Source of the DNA: Octopus sinensis
Lineage: Eukaryota
Assembly: GCF_006345805.1 (NCBI RefSeq)
Contig: NW_021831985.1
Span: 263,300 to 327,299 of the forward strand
Direction of reading: 5' to 3'
Length of the DNA: 64,000 nt
In this document: piece after piece, positions 53,480 through 64,000 of the stretch
How positions within the stretch are numbered: position 1 is the first letter of the stretch
How the letters are laid out: each line of letters begins with the position of its first letter
Program-made: the position numbers and the translations under genes
Notes under the pieces: model-generated
The model's input: the letters and a program-made list of their open reading frames with translations, nothing else
The model's database searches: none
Told to the model about the DNA's origin: nothing

Positions 53480-54300
53480 GTCGCAACAAATTGAGCTTTA
53501 AACTATTGCCGAGATAATATTTCTCTATACATCTTAATGAAATTAAATAATTCAAAGTTGATTCTCTCAAACTGTATTTACCATTCTCTCTATTTAGCAT
53601 ACACCAGTGTTGCTGAAGAATTACCTTCAAACGTTGAATGTCTATAAAGAGAAGCTTACAACTAGTTTTACAGTTCGGCACTGTATGGAAATATACAAAT
53701 TAATGAACGGTGGCGAGGAACCATTGAAAATGATTTCGCTTCCAGCCACAAGATTGTTAGTGGGAAATAAACTGTGTAAAAAGAATTCTTCGCCAGTGGG
53801 GTACATTAAAATTACATTGGCAAATGGTATTTTCTAGTTGTGACAAGTATTATGCAGGGGAATTGCATACAATGTACTTAGATAGAACTAACGAACTTTA
53901 TTTAACATTTATAAGACTTGTGTTGAGAGAAATTGAAAATATAATTTACTATTCCAAAAAAGAATTGGTGAATCACTGTAGTATCTTAGACGAACTACGT
54001 AGTTCTGTACTGTGAATGCCCGCAAAAATTTTGCATCATAAATAAGTGAATCTCGAAACGAATTCAGAAATTAAATTAATGTATCTCCTATGGGAAAAGA
54101 CTGACGTTGGGTGCAATTTCTCTAATCATCTGCTCAGTAAAATTTTATCAAAACTAAGTTTTCAAGAACGATAAAATGCTGCACAAAAACGTGTCTAACC
54201 TTATTTGAAACAGATATGCAAATGACTCTTGAAACGTATTGAAACACTGGAGAATTTCAAAAGAATTTTTAAAACCCTTTCTCGAGATTTTGCTAAGATC
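53480..54300 (+). pseudogene. hAT-family transposase remnant
   Basis: Across frameshifts: AEELPSNVECL*REAYN*F; MNGGEEPLKMISLPATRL; RILRQWGTLKLHWQM..DKYYAGELHTMYLDRTNELYLTFI, matching the hAT TRW region. Confidence 0.7.
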
Positions 54301-54589
54301 ATAGTCGTCTATCTTTTTCAGTTTTGTCTTTGGTTGATTAATCTAAACTTGAAGAAATAAAGACTCATTGCTGCAAGCTGCTCACATTCAACTGGAAAAG
54401 GCATGGCTGTGTAGTTAAAAGGCTCGCTTTGCAACCACAAGGTTACAACTTGGCTCCCATATTGCAGAATCTTGTGTGTGTGTGTTTTTACTGTAACCCC
54501 GGACCGACCAATGGCTTGTGCATGAATTTGGTTGACGGAACTCTGTCGTGTGTGTGCGTGCGTGTGTATATATATATATATGTGTGTGT

Positions 54590-54760
54590 GTGTGTATAGT
54601 TGAAATTTGTAGAACAAAAAAGACGAAGACAGGTGTATGAACAACACGCATGTGTATTAGTTTGATGCTCGGGTAGATGAAAAAGTCTTTTATGTTTCGA
54701 GTGTACGCTCTTCAACAGAAAGGAATAAGAGAAAATAAAGAGAGAGGGAGAGAGGGAGAG
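54590..54760 (-). mobile_element. pLTR-like repeat with a degenerate hammerhead motif (54687-54722)
   Basis: Homologous to 26640-26815. Confidence 0.6.
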
Positions 54761-55040
54761 AGAGAGAGAGAGAGAGAGAGTGAAAAAACTTGTAGATTTA
54801 GCGATCAAGCAAGGCGAATGAGTAGAAAAAAGGTTGAAAGAAGAGGTTGAAAGAAATAGAGATAATAAAGTGCTGGTGATCCGTAAATGAAGATATCAAT
54901 GAAAAGAAGAGGTAAATAGAAGTGAAGAGAAGTGGATATATATATATATATATATATATATAAGTGTGTGTGCATGTGTGTGTGTGCGTATGTATATATA
55001 TGTATATGTATATATATGTATATATGTATGTATATACATA

Positions 55041-55360
55041 CGTGGAAGCACTCCGTCGGTTACGACGACGAGGGTTCTGGTTGATCCGATCAACGGAACA
55101 GCCTGCTCGTGAAATTAACGTGTAAGTGGCTGAGCACTCCACATACACGTACACCCTTAACGTAGTTCTCGGGGATATTCAGCGTGACACAGAGAGTGAC
55201 AAGGCCGGCCCTTTGAAATACAGGTACAACAGAAACAGGAAGTAAGAGTGAGAGAAAGTTATGGTGAAAGAGTACAGCAGGGATCACCACCATCCCTGCC
55301 GGAGCCTCGTGGAGCTTTAGGTGTTTTCGCTCAATAAACACTCACAACGCCCGGTCTGGG
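55041..55360 (-). mobile_element. S3 SINE, 5'-truncated
   Basis: Family match. Confidence 0.85.
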
Positions 55361-55429
55361 GAATATACGTACGTACGTATGTATTTACGTACAAGTGGTG
55401 AAGGTATATTTCCCAGACCGGGAGTATTA

Positions 55430-55870
55430 GGCTTAGTGAACAGGGTATTTGGCTCACGATCGTGAGATCATATGTTCGGTTCAGGCGGCGCGTTGTGTTC
55501 GAGAGCAAGAAACTCTATTTTGTGTTGCTCCAGTCTACTCAGCTAGCAAGAATGCGTCGTACCTGTATTTCAAAGGGCAAAATGCTTCGCGGCATTACGT
55601 CAGTCTTTACGTTCAGTGTTCAAATCCTGCAGAGGTCAACTTTGCCTTTCTACCTTTTGGGATCGGTAAAATGAGTTCCAGCTAAGCGCTGGAGGGTATC
55701 GATGTAATCGACTTATCCCCTTCCCAAAATTGCTGGCCTTGTGCCAAACTTTGAATTCAACATTGAAGGGAGGGCGGTTAGTCGATACGATCAGTCCTAG
55801 TTCTTAACTGACGATACTTTAGTTTACGACTCCGAAAAGATGACAGGCAAAGTTGACCTCGGCTGAATTT
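55430..55870 (+). mobile_element. Cluster of old S4 and S2 SINE fragments
   Basis: CORE-like box at about 55495; Meta-like box at about 55640 and 55850. Confidence 0.55.
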
Positions 55871-56226
55871 AAACTCTGAATTTTCTGTTGCTCAAACAAA
55901 TTCTGCCAATTCACTGCTTTTTCATCTCATAATAACGGCTCCCATATATTTAACCCCCCCCCACCTCTTCACACTTAAAACAAAAAGTGTAGCTTTGTGC
56001 ATGTGTTAGAAATCAATATTTCCATATATAAATAAATAACATCTGTTGTTAACAATAATGGATCTCGTAAATTAACATGTCGGCCATACGTCATGACGAG
56101 TCAACGCTCGATCAGCGGCACTGCTGTCAAGCTTTTTTCGTTTTATTCGTTCATTAATTTATCTTTGAAATGTTGACTCCTGGAAATGTAAAACAGTATT
56201 TTGCAAAGTGTCATCTGTTGCAATCC

Positions 56227-56262
<36 letters not shown>

Positions 56263-56294
56263 TCTATCTATCTATCTATCTATCTATTTATTTA

Positions 56295-56525
56295 CTCTTT
56301 TTTACTCTTTTACTCTTTTACTTGTTTCAGTCATTTGACTGCGGCCATGCTGGAGCACCGCCTTTAATCGAGCAACTCGACCCCGGGACTTATTCTTTTG
56401 TAAGCCCAGTACTTATTCTATCGGTCTCTTTTGCCGAACCGCTAAGTAACGGGGACATAAACACACCAGCATCGGTTGTCAAGCAATGCTAGGGGGACAA
56501 ACACGGACACACAAGCACACACACA

Positions 56526-56575
<50 letters not shown>

Positions 56576-56742
56576 CATATATACGACGGGCTTCTTTCAG
56601 TTTCCGTCTACCAAATCCACTCACAAGGCTTTGGTCGGCCCGAGGCTATAGTAGAAGACACTTGCCCAAGGTGCCACGCAGTGGGACTGAACCCAGAACC
56701 ATGTAGTTGGTAAGCAAGCTACTTACCACACAGCCACTCCTG
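56295..56742 (-). mobile_element. S1 SINE, full length
   Basis: Family match. Confidence 0.85.
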
Positions 56743-56754
56743 ACTTATTTATAG

Positions 56755-57061
56755 TCGCAGGCATGGCTTTGTGGTTAAGAAGCTCGCATTGCAACGGAGC
56801 TTCTTCGGATACAGTCTTAATGCGCTTCTCCTGGGGCAAGTGTCTTCCAATATAGCCCCGGGTCCAGCAATGTCATGTGAGTGAATTTGGTAGAGGGAGA
56901 CTATGAGCGTGGCTGTGCGGTAAGAAGCTAACTTCCCAACCACATGGTTGTGGGTTAAGTCCTACTGCGTGGCACCTGGGGCAAATATCTTCTACAATAG
57001 CCTCGGGCCGACAAAAGCCTTGTGAGTGGATTTGGTTGACGGAAACTGAAGGAAACCCGTG

Positions 57062-57100
<39 letters not shown>
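56755..57100 (+). mobile_element. Two tandem S1 head fragments
   Basis: Heads at about 56755 and 56905. Confidence 0.65.
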
Positions 57101-57114
<14 letters not shown>

Positions 57115-57182
57115 ATATATGTATGTATATATATATTTATGTATATATGTATGTGTATATATATATACATATATATATGTGT

Positions 57183-57244
<62 letters not shown>

Positions 57245-57340
57245 TATATAAGGTTAATCCAAACGGGAAAACAGAAAAAACAACACGTGGAACAATTAAA
57301 GTATTATTATTAGGGAAGAAGGAGGGTTATATATATATAT

Positions 57341-58273
57341 ATTGGGTCATCCAACATATATATGTATATATATTGAGTCATCCAATAAATAATGCGTTTT
57401 TTTATACTTGTTTTATTTTTCAAACTAAGATAAATAAAGTTCTTTCTTAATCTAAAATATACCCTCTTTCATTTTCTACAATGCTCTTGAATCTATCTGG
57501 TAGGCTTCCAAACTTCACTTGTCCGTGACGAAAAATACATCTCCAGTACTGTTCTGACTTTGTCCACAGAATTCATATATCCACGTCCAAATGACTGTGG
57601 AATAAATGATAATCAGATGGGGCAATGCCCGGCGAATATGGTGGGTGGGGCATTTTTTCCCATTCAAACTGCTCCAGCCTTTAGAATGTCATCTTCGCTG
57701 TATGTGGCCGAGCATTATCCTGATGAAAACACCTTTCGTCTTGTAACCAAAGATGGTTGTTTTCCGATGGCTCGCACGTGTCGATGAATGGTTGAATGAC
57801 CAAATCCAAGCTTCTCTGCTATTTCCTCAACGGTTACCATGGGGTTTTGTTCCACCAGGGTTTTCACGACGTTCTCGTCGAGCTCTACGGATCTTCCAGG
57901 TCCAGGCTAATTTTCTAGGCTGTAGTTTCTGGCTCGGAATTTCTGGAACCAGCGTTGAGACTGGTTTACACTTATTGTCCGATCCCCATGTACTGCATTA
58001 ATATTCCTTGAACTTTCCGTTGCGTTGTTGCCTTTATTGAACTCATAAAGCAAAATATGCCGAATATGCTCATTTGACACATCCATTATAGCTTTGGAAA
58101 ATTAAGTGTTAGAATCGAAATGCACTCTTCAAAACTTGCACTAAGAATAAGGACCAGGTAAAATTACTACTTGCTTTTATAGCAGTAGTTGATGCAGGTA
58201 GTTTATCTCGTCCCCCTCCGACTTTTAGTTCATGCAACTGAAAAAACCGCACTATTTATGGGATGACCCAATA
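57341..58273 (-). mobile_element. Internally deleted mariner element
   Basis: TIR TATTGGGTCATCC..ATAAATA; minus translation EHIRHILLYEFNKGNNATES..QRWFQKFRA..PGRSVELDE..LVEQNP jumps to the C-terminal region. Confidence 0.85.
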
Positions 58274-58279
58274 TATATT

Positions 58280-58683
58280 CTTTTACTCTTTTACTTGTTT
58301 CAGTCATTTGACTGCGGCCATGCTGGAGCACCGCCTTTAATCGAGCAACTCGACCCCAGGACTTATTCTTTTGTAAGCCCAGTACTTATTCTATCGGTCT
58401 CTTTTGCCGAACCGCTAAGTAACGGGGACATAAACACACTAGCATCGGTTGTCAAGCAATGCTAGGGGGACAAACACAGACACACAAACACACACACGCA
58501 TACATATATATATACAAATATACAACGGGCTTCTTTCAGTTTCCGTCTACCAAATCCACTCACAAGGCTTGGTCGGCCCGAGGCTATAGTAGAAGACACT
58601 TGCCCAAGGTGCCACGCAGTGGGACTGAACCCGGAACCATGTGGTTGGTAAACAAGCTACTTACCACACAGCCACTCTTGCGC
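58280..58683 (-). mobile_element. S1 SINE
   Basis: Family match. Confidence 0.85.
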
Positions 58684-58684
58684 C

Positions 58685-58758
<74 letters not shown>

Positions 58759-58769
58759 TAGATAGATAC

Positions 58770-58829
<60 letters not shown>

Positions 58830-58865
58830 GTAGATAGATAGATAGATAGATAGATAGATGGATGG
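58685..58865. repeat. (TA)n plus (GATA)n microsatellite
   Basis: Direct reading. Confidence 0.95.
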
Positions 58866-59437
58866 ATATCACGTGGTCATGTGACAGACCAGGCTATCAG
58901 ATGCTGTTACACATCGCTGGCCACAATGTGTTTTGCATCGTTTTAGCCTTCAAATGATTCCACCCCACTGGCTAGGTGAATGGGCCAACCTCTCTCCCTT
59001 GATCAAAAGTGGGACTAGAGCAATGTAAAATGAAGTGTTTTGCTCAAGAACACAAAGCACCACTCAATCAGGCAATCGAACCCACGATCTCGCGAATTTG
59101 AGTGCAACAACCTAAACCATTGGGCCAAGCACCTTTACACACACACACACACAAATTTCGGGCTTCCACACAGTTTCCGTTTAGCAAATCCACTCACAGG
59201 GTATTGGTCAGCTTGAAGCTGCCCAAGGTGCCGTGCAGTGGGACTGAACTAGAAACCGCGTGGCTGCAAAACGAGCTTCTTAACGACACGGCCATATGTA
59301 CCATTCACACACCGGCATAAGAGCGGAATATGATGGGTTCGATTTTTGTTGATTTTTCTTTCTTGCAGAATTTTGCTTTAACTGATTTGCTCTTTCACCT
59401 TGATAATTTCTCCGTTGGTTCGTGTAATTATTATTGC

Positions 59438-59506
<69 letters not shown>

Positions 59507-59511
59507 CGTGC

Positions 59512-59554
<43 letters not shown>

Positions 59555-59628
59555 CATGTGTGTGTACCAGTTGAGCGCTGGAGGGTGTCGATGTAATCGA
59601 CTTATCCCCTCCCCAAAATTGCTGGCTT

Positions 59629-59875
59629 TGAGACTCATTTCCAAAAGAGCAAAAAGGATTCTTCAAAGACTTAGATCATTGTAGATATGAATCACGGAAG
59701 ACTACAGAAGCGGGGAAGCAACGAATCACAATGGAATAGATTGGCTTTTAACAGAATTCCCCATACGTGAATCCTGAAAACCTTAGCCTTGAATAAAGGA
59801 CATCAATAATAAGCTGATATGTTAGATATGTCATGCGGAAACTGTAGAAAATTCCGAGGGCAGAGACAAAAGAAG
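59629..59875 (+). pseudogene. R4/Dong-like reverse transcriptase fragment; a second partial copy lies at 62523-62680
   Basis: FPKEQKGF..; AFNRIPHT*ILKTLALNK resembles the RT pattern EQKG..AFDSVPHSWIL..L. Confidence 0.5.
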
Positions 59876-59929
59876 TATGAAATAAATATCATTTTTTTTA
59901 TTAGAAGAGGTATATTCCAATACTATGTG

Positions 59930-60270
59930 AAGGCGCATGGCTCAGTGGTTAGAGCGTCGAACTTACGATCGTGGGATTGTGAGTTCGAATCCCGGATCGG
60001 GCTGCGTGTTGTGTTTTTGAGCAAGACACTTTATTACCTGTTGCTCCAGTTCACTCAACTGTAGAAATGAGTTACGACGTCACAGGTGCCAAGCTGTATC
60101 GGCCCCTTTGCATTTCCCTTGGATAACACTGGTGGCATGGAGAAGGGAGGCTGACATGCATGGGCGACTGCTGGTCTTCCATAAAAACAACCTTGCCCGG
60201 ACTTGTGCTTGGGAGGGTAACTTTCTTGGTGCAATCCCACGCTCAGTCATGAACGAAGGGGGTCTCAATT
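59930..60270 (+). mobile_element. S4 SINE
   Basis: Homologous to 7730-8075. Confidence 0.75.
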
Positions 60271-61039
60271 CCAATACTACTTTATACTACTTTGTTGCCC
60301 GACGTTAAAACCTTTAACCAACATGTTCAGCCAGACTGAACTCTGATGTAAATGTTATGGAAGCTCAACCAAGCGTTATTTTATATAGAAGAACTGAAGG
60401 TGTACACAGCAAGCAATGAACAGAAAAAAAAAGAAACGTTACATCAGCCAATATTTGGATTTAGTATTGAAATTTATATAAAATTCATGCTGTATACATT
60501 TACCAAAGCAATCAGGAGCAGCGCTGGATTAACCCATTAAGCTAAATAAGCACGCGCTTAGGGCATAAAGGGACGGAGGCACCACAGAAATGAAAATGGT
60601 TTACGACACGAAAGAAATCACTTTAAACTTGCTAAAATAATATTCGTAATGCCTTATATCTACTAAGTATAGAAGCAGAAGTTTTACGTAAAATTAATTT
60701 TAACGATATCATTGAACACTTTGCAATAATAACAACAACAAAAAAAACGAAGGAGAAAACTTTTCAAATATAAATAAAGTGGAAGTATACAAGAATAAAC
60801 ATTATTTTCTATCTTACTGTGAATTTTGTTTCATTTTGAAAAATAATAATTTATTTTATGGTTTATTATTGTTTACATCTTAAATTGTTTTTGTTTACAT
60901 TTTGAACCATTTACATATACTTGAAAGCACCAAAACCTTCTAAGTGGTTAGGACCTCTATGGGTCTTGATCCGGCCCTGATCAGGAGAGATGTTAAACAA
61001 TTAAAGACAATAATGCTATATTTAATAAACGGGCAAGAG

Positions 61040-61380
61040 TCTTCTGCTATAGCTCGGGCCGACCAATGCCTTGTGAGTGGATTTGGTAGACGGAAACTGA
61101 AAGAAGCCTGTCGTATATATGTATATATATATATATTATATATATATATGTATGTGTGTGTGTTTGGGTACTGTGTTTGTTCCCCTAGCATTGCTTGACA
61201 ACCAATGCTGGTGTGTTTACGTCACCGTCACTTAGCGGTTCGGCAAAAAGAGACCGATAGAATAAGTACTGGGCTTACAAAAAGAATAAGTCCCGGGGTC
61301 GATTTGCTCGACTAAAGGCGGTGCTCCAGCATGGCCGCAGTCAAATGACTGAAACAAGTAAAAGAGTAAAAGAGTAAAGA
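61040..61380 (+). mobile_element. S1 SINE, 5'-truncated
   Basis: Family match. Confidence 0.85.
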
Positions 61381-61444
61381 GAGAAAGAAGAGAGTTACAC
61401 AAAAAAAGAAACTCACAAATACTTGCAATGAACCAGATATCACA

Positions 61445-61735
61445 ATGTGGAGGCACATGGCATAGTGGTTAGAGCAGGGGACTCGCGGTCGAGGGATCGC
61501 AGGTTGGAATCTCAGACCGGGTGATGTGTGTTTATGAGCGAGACACCTAAGCTCCACGCGGCTCTGGCAGAAGGTAATAGCGAACCTCTGCTGACTCTTT
61601 CGCCACAACTTTCTCTCACTCTTTCCTCCTGCATCCTGCAGCTCACCAGCGACAGACCGGCGTCCCGTATAGGTGGGGAGCCTATACGCCAATGAAACCG
61701 GCCCTTATGAGCCAAACACGGCTCGAGAAGGAACC
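61445..61735 (+). mobile_element. S3-related SINE variant
   Basis: Head similar to S3; a further copy starts at about 63848. Confidence 0.7.
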
Positions 61736-61861
61736 AACAACAGAATACTCACAAACCAAAATTTTAGAAAGAAGTCTTATGGTCGCATTAAATAAAATTA
61801 TGAAGCAGAACTAAATAGGTATAATTATTCTAGCTATAATAAGTTGTAATTATATAATTTG

Positions 61862-62045
61862 TATATACGACAGGCTTCTTTCAGTTTCCGTCTACCAAAT
61901 CCACTCACAAGACTTTCGTCGGCTCGAGGTTATAGTAGGAGACATTTACCCAAGGTGCCACGTAGAGGGACTGAACCCAGAACCATGTGGTTGGGAAGAA
62001 AACTTCTTACCACACAGCGACACTTGCGCCTACATTTATTATTCA
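61862..62045 (-). mobile_element. S1 SINE 5' half
   Basis: Family match. Confidence 0.75.
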
Positions 62046-62343
62046 CTAGCAGTATCGCCCGGCGTTGCTCGGGTTTGTAAGGGAAATAACTATATAAGAA
62101 TTTTTAGAGAGTTACTTCCCTTATATAATAGCAAAAAGAAATGTATTAAAAATGGGAAAAAATGATCGTAAATTTTTTTTTAATCGTAGACTCATCGTAG
62201 ACGCGCGCTAATACCCAGAAGGGCTCGATATGAATCACGACTATAAGATACCCGCTTTTGGTTAAACTGCACCGCAAAATGTGGGAGTAGTTAGGAATCT
62301 AAATCGTAGGAGACAAACACACAACTTCACTTCTATATATAAA
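62046..62343 (-). mobile_element. Non-autonomous Helitron type A
   Basis: Hairpin plus CTAG end; body matches 1834-2147. Confidence 0.8.
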
Positions 62344-63200
62344 GATTTAACTCCCACTCCCGTGTTTTCTCTTTAAACGTCCTGTAGTGTTTTCTCGTTA
62401 TTTTTTTATTCTTTGTCAGTGACATTTTTATTGCGTGTTTTCATATCACGAGCCTTGCGCACATTTAGCTTTTCCAGATACAAACATCCATCTATCCATA
62501 CTGTGTGTGTGTGTGTGTGTACGTGAGACTCATTTCCAAAAGTACAAAAATGATTCTTCGAAGACCTAAATCTTTGTTGATATGAATCACGGAAGACTAC
62601 AGAAGTGGGGAAACAACAAATGTCTATAGAATTGATTGACTTTTAAAAGAAAGGAATCTGTAAAACTTTCCAGAACTTTATCATTTAAATATATATGAGC
62701 ATGTCTAGACATGCAACTATATGCATGATAGTACATACATAAAGCTAAATATGCAAAACTGCACATATACATACATACATGCATACATTCATGCAAACAT
62801 ACATACATACATACTACATACATACATACATACATACATACATACATACATACATACATAGAGTTAATCTAAACATGAAAACACAAAGAGAAAACACAAC
62901 AACACGAGGACGTGGAACAATACCTAAACAACGAGAAAAAAATGGAAGACAGTACAAGTTAACACAGAAAGAGGACCCTTCATCAGTTGTCGGCTGTCTA
63001 CCTACTCTTCATTTCGAGCATTAAAATGTTAAAAAAAACAAAAACGTGTAGTAAATAAACACGAATATATACTAAATACACAGACGAACAGAAACCACAG
63101 AACGTCACCAACTCCCCTTCAGTTATCGGCCAGAGGGTCAAGTGTGATTCGGCCATATCGATAATATTGCTTCCACTATATATTTGTAATATATATATAT

Positions 63201-63243
<43 letters not shown>

Positions 63244-63306
63244 ATATTATATATATATTATAATATATACACATACATATATATATATATATACACATAT
63301 ACACAA

Positions 63307-63452
63307 TGTAACCCTTTAAAATGGAAGATAAGAAAGTTCATTTCGGCACTTGATGTTTTGGGAACCAGACAAAAATTGCTGCAGCTCGGCTGAGATGTGT
63401 TACCCCACCCTCCATATTCACTAGATATTGCTCCTTCGGATTTCCACTTATT
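63307..63452 (+). mobile_element. Fragment of the same deleted mariner as 34000-34561
   Basis: Same fusion CACTTGATG(C/T)TTTGGGAACCAGACAAAAATTGCTG. Confidence 0.8.
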
Positions 63453-63847
63453 ATTATGGTAAATAGCAGACACAACCGCAACGATTATTGTAGTAGTAGT
63501 AGTAGTAGTCAAGGTTATATATTGTCCTTAACTGAAATTTTCCGAGAAAAATTATTCGGCTTTGAAGAGCTTTCTCGTGGGGAGAGTATTCTCTACTAAA
63601 CTAAGTAAAAAACCACCAGATACAGTATTGGGCAAGGGTGGAAACTATGATGCACATACATGCATACATACATACATATACATACATACATACATACATA
63701 CATACATACATACATACATACATACAAAAATATCCTGCTGATGATGTTGAAATTCCAATGATCTAGGTTAGAAACCAGCTTTTTCTATAATTGCAAGAAA
63801 TTTTCAAATAAAACTGATAATCACGCGCGTGCGCGCACCCATACACT

Positions 63848-64000
63848 AGGCACATGGCCTAGTGGTGAGAGCAGAGGTCAAGGATTGCGGGTTCGAATCT
63901 CAGACCGGGCGATGTGTGTGTTTATGAGCGAAACACCTAAACTCCACACGGCTCCAGCAGAAGGTAATGGCGAACTTCTGCTGACTCTTTTGCCACAACT
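63848..64000 (+). mobile_element. S3-related SINE, cut by window edge
   Basis: Matches 61445-61620. Confidence 0.7.

Noticed and set aside
59932-60005. tRNA-like sequences at SINE heads (also 7730, 29160-29236, 49150)
   Set aside because: They continue straight into SINE bodies and lack a closed acceptor stem; not tRNA genes.

Overview
An AT-rich, repeat-saturated animal genomic window. The SINE families, microsatellite density and TTAGGG motif suggest a coleoid cephalopod, most likely Octopus; this is inferred from recognised repeat families, not from a database search. No intact host gene, tRNA or rRNA was found, and almost every ORF in the track comes from microsatellites or SINEs. The window holds four tRNA-derived SINE families (working labels S1-S4, about 45 copies or fragments) and about ten non-autonomous Helitrons. 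It also holds decayed mariner and hAT transposases, piggyBac- and Tc1-type MITEs, and two related GGATC-ended elements with 8-bp TSDs, one wrapped around telomeric repeats. Retroelement remnants include three Penelope-like (PLE) coding fragments and R4/Dong fragments, one inserted in a (TAA)n array. The most notable signals are: a type I hammerhead ribozyme with a complete catalytic core (18919-19013, minus); an inverted pair of hammerhead-like motifs with a compensatory U3:A8 core (19306-19968); a rearranged 12.5-16 kb block with a 600-bp inverted duplication; and SINE multimers joined at one exact junction at three loci. Coordinates were counted by hand and repeat boundaries may be off by a few to tens of bases.
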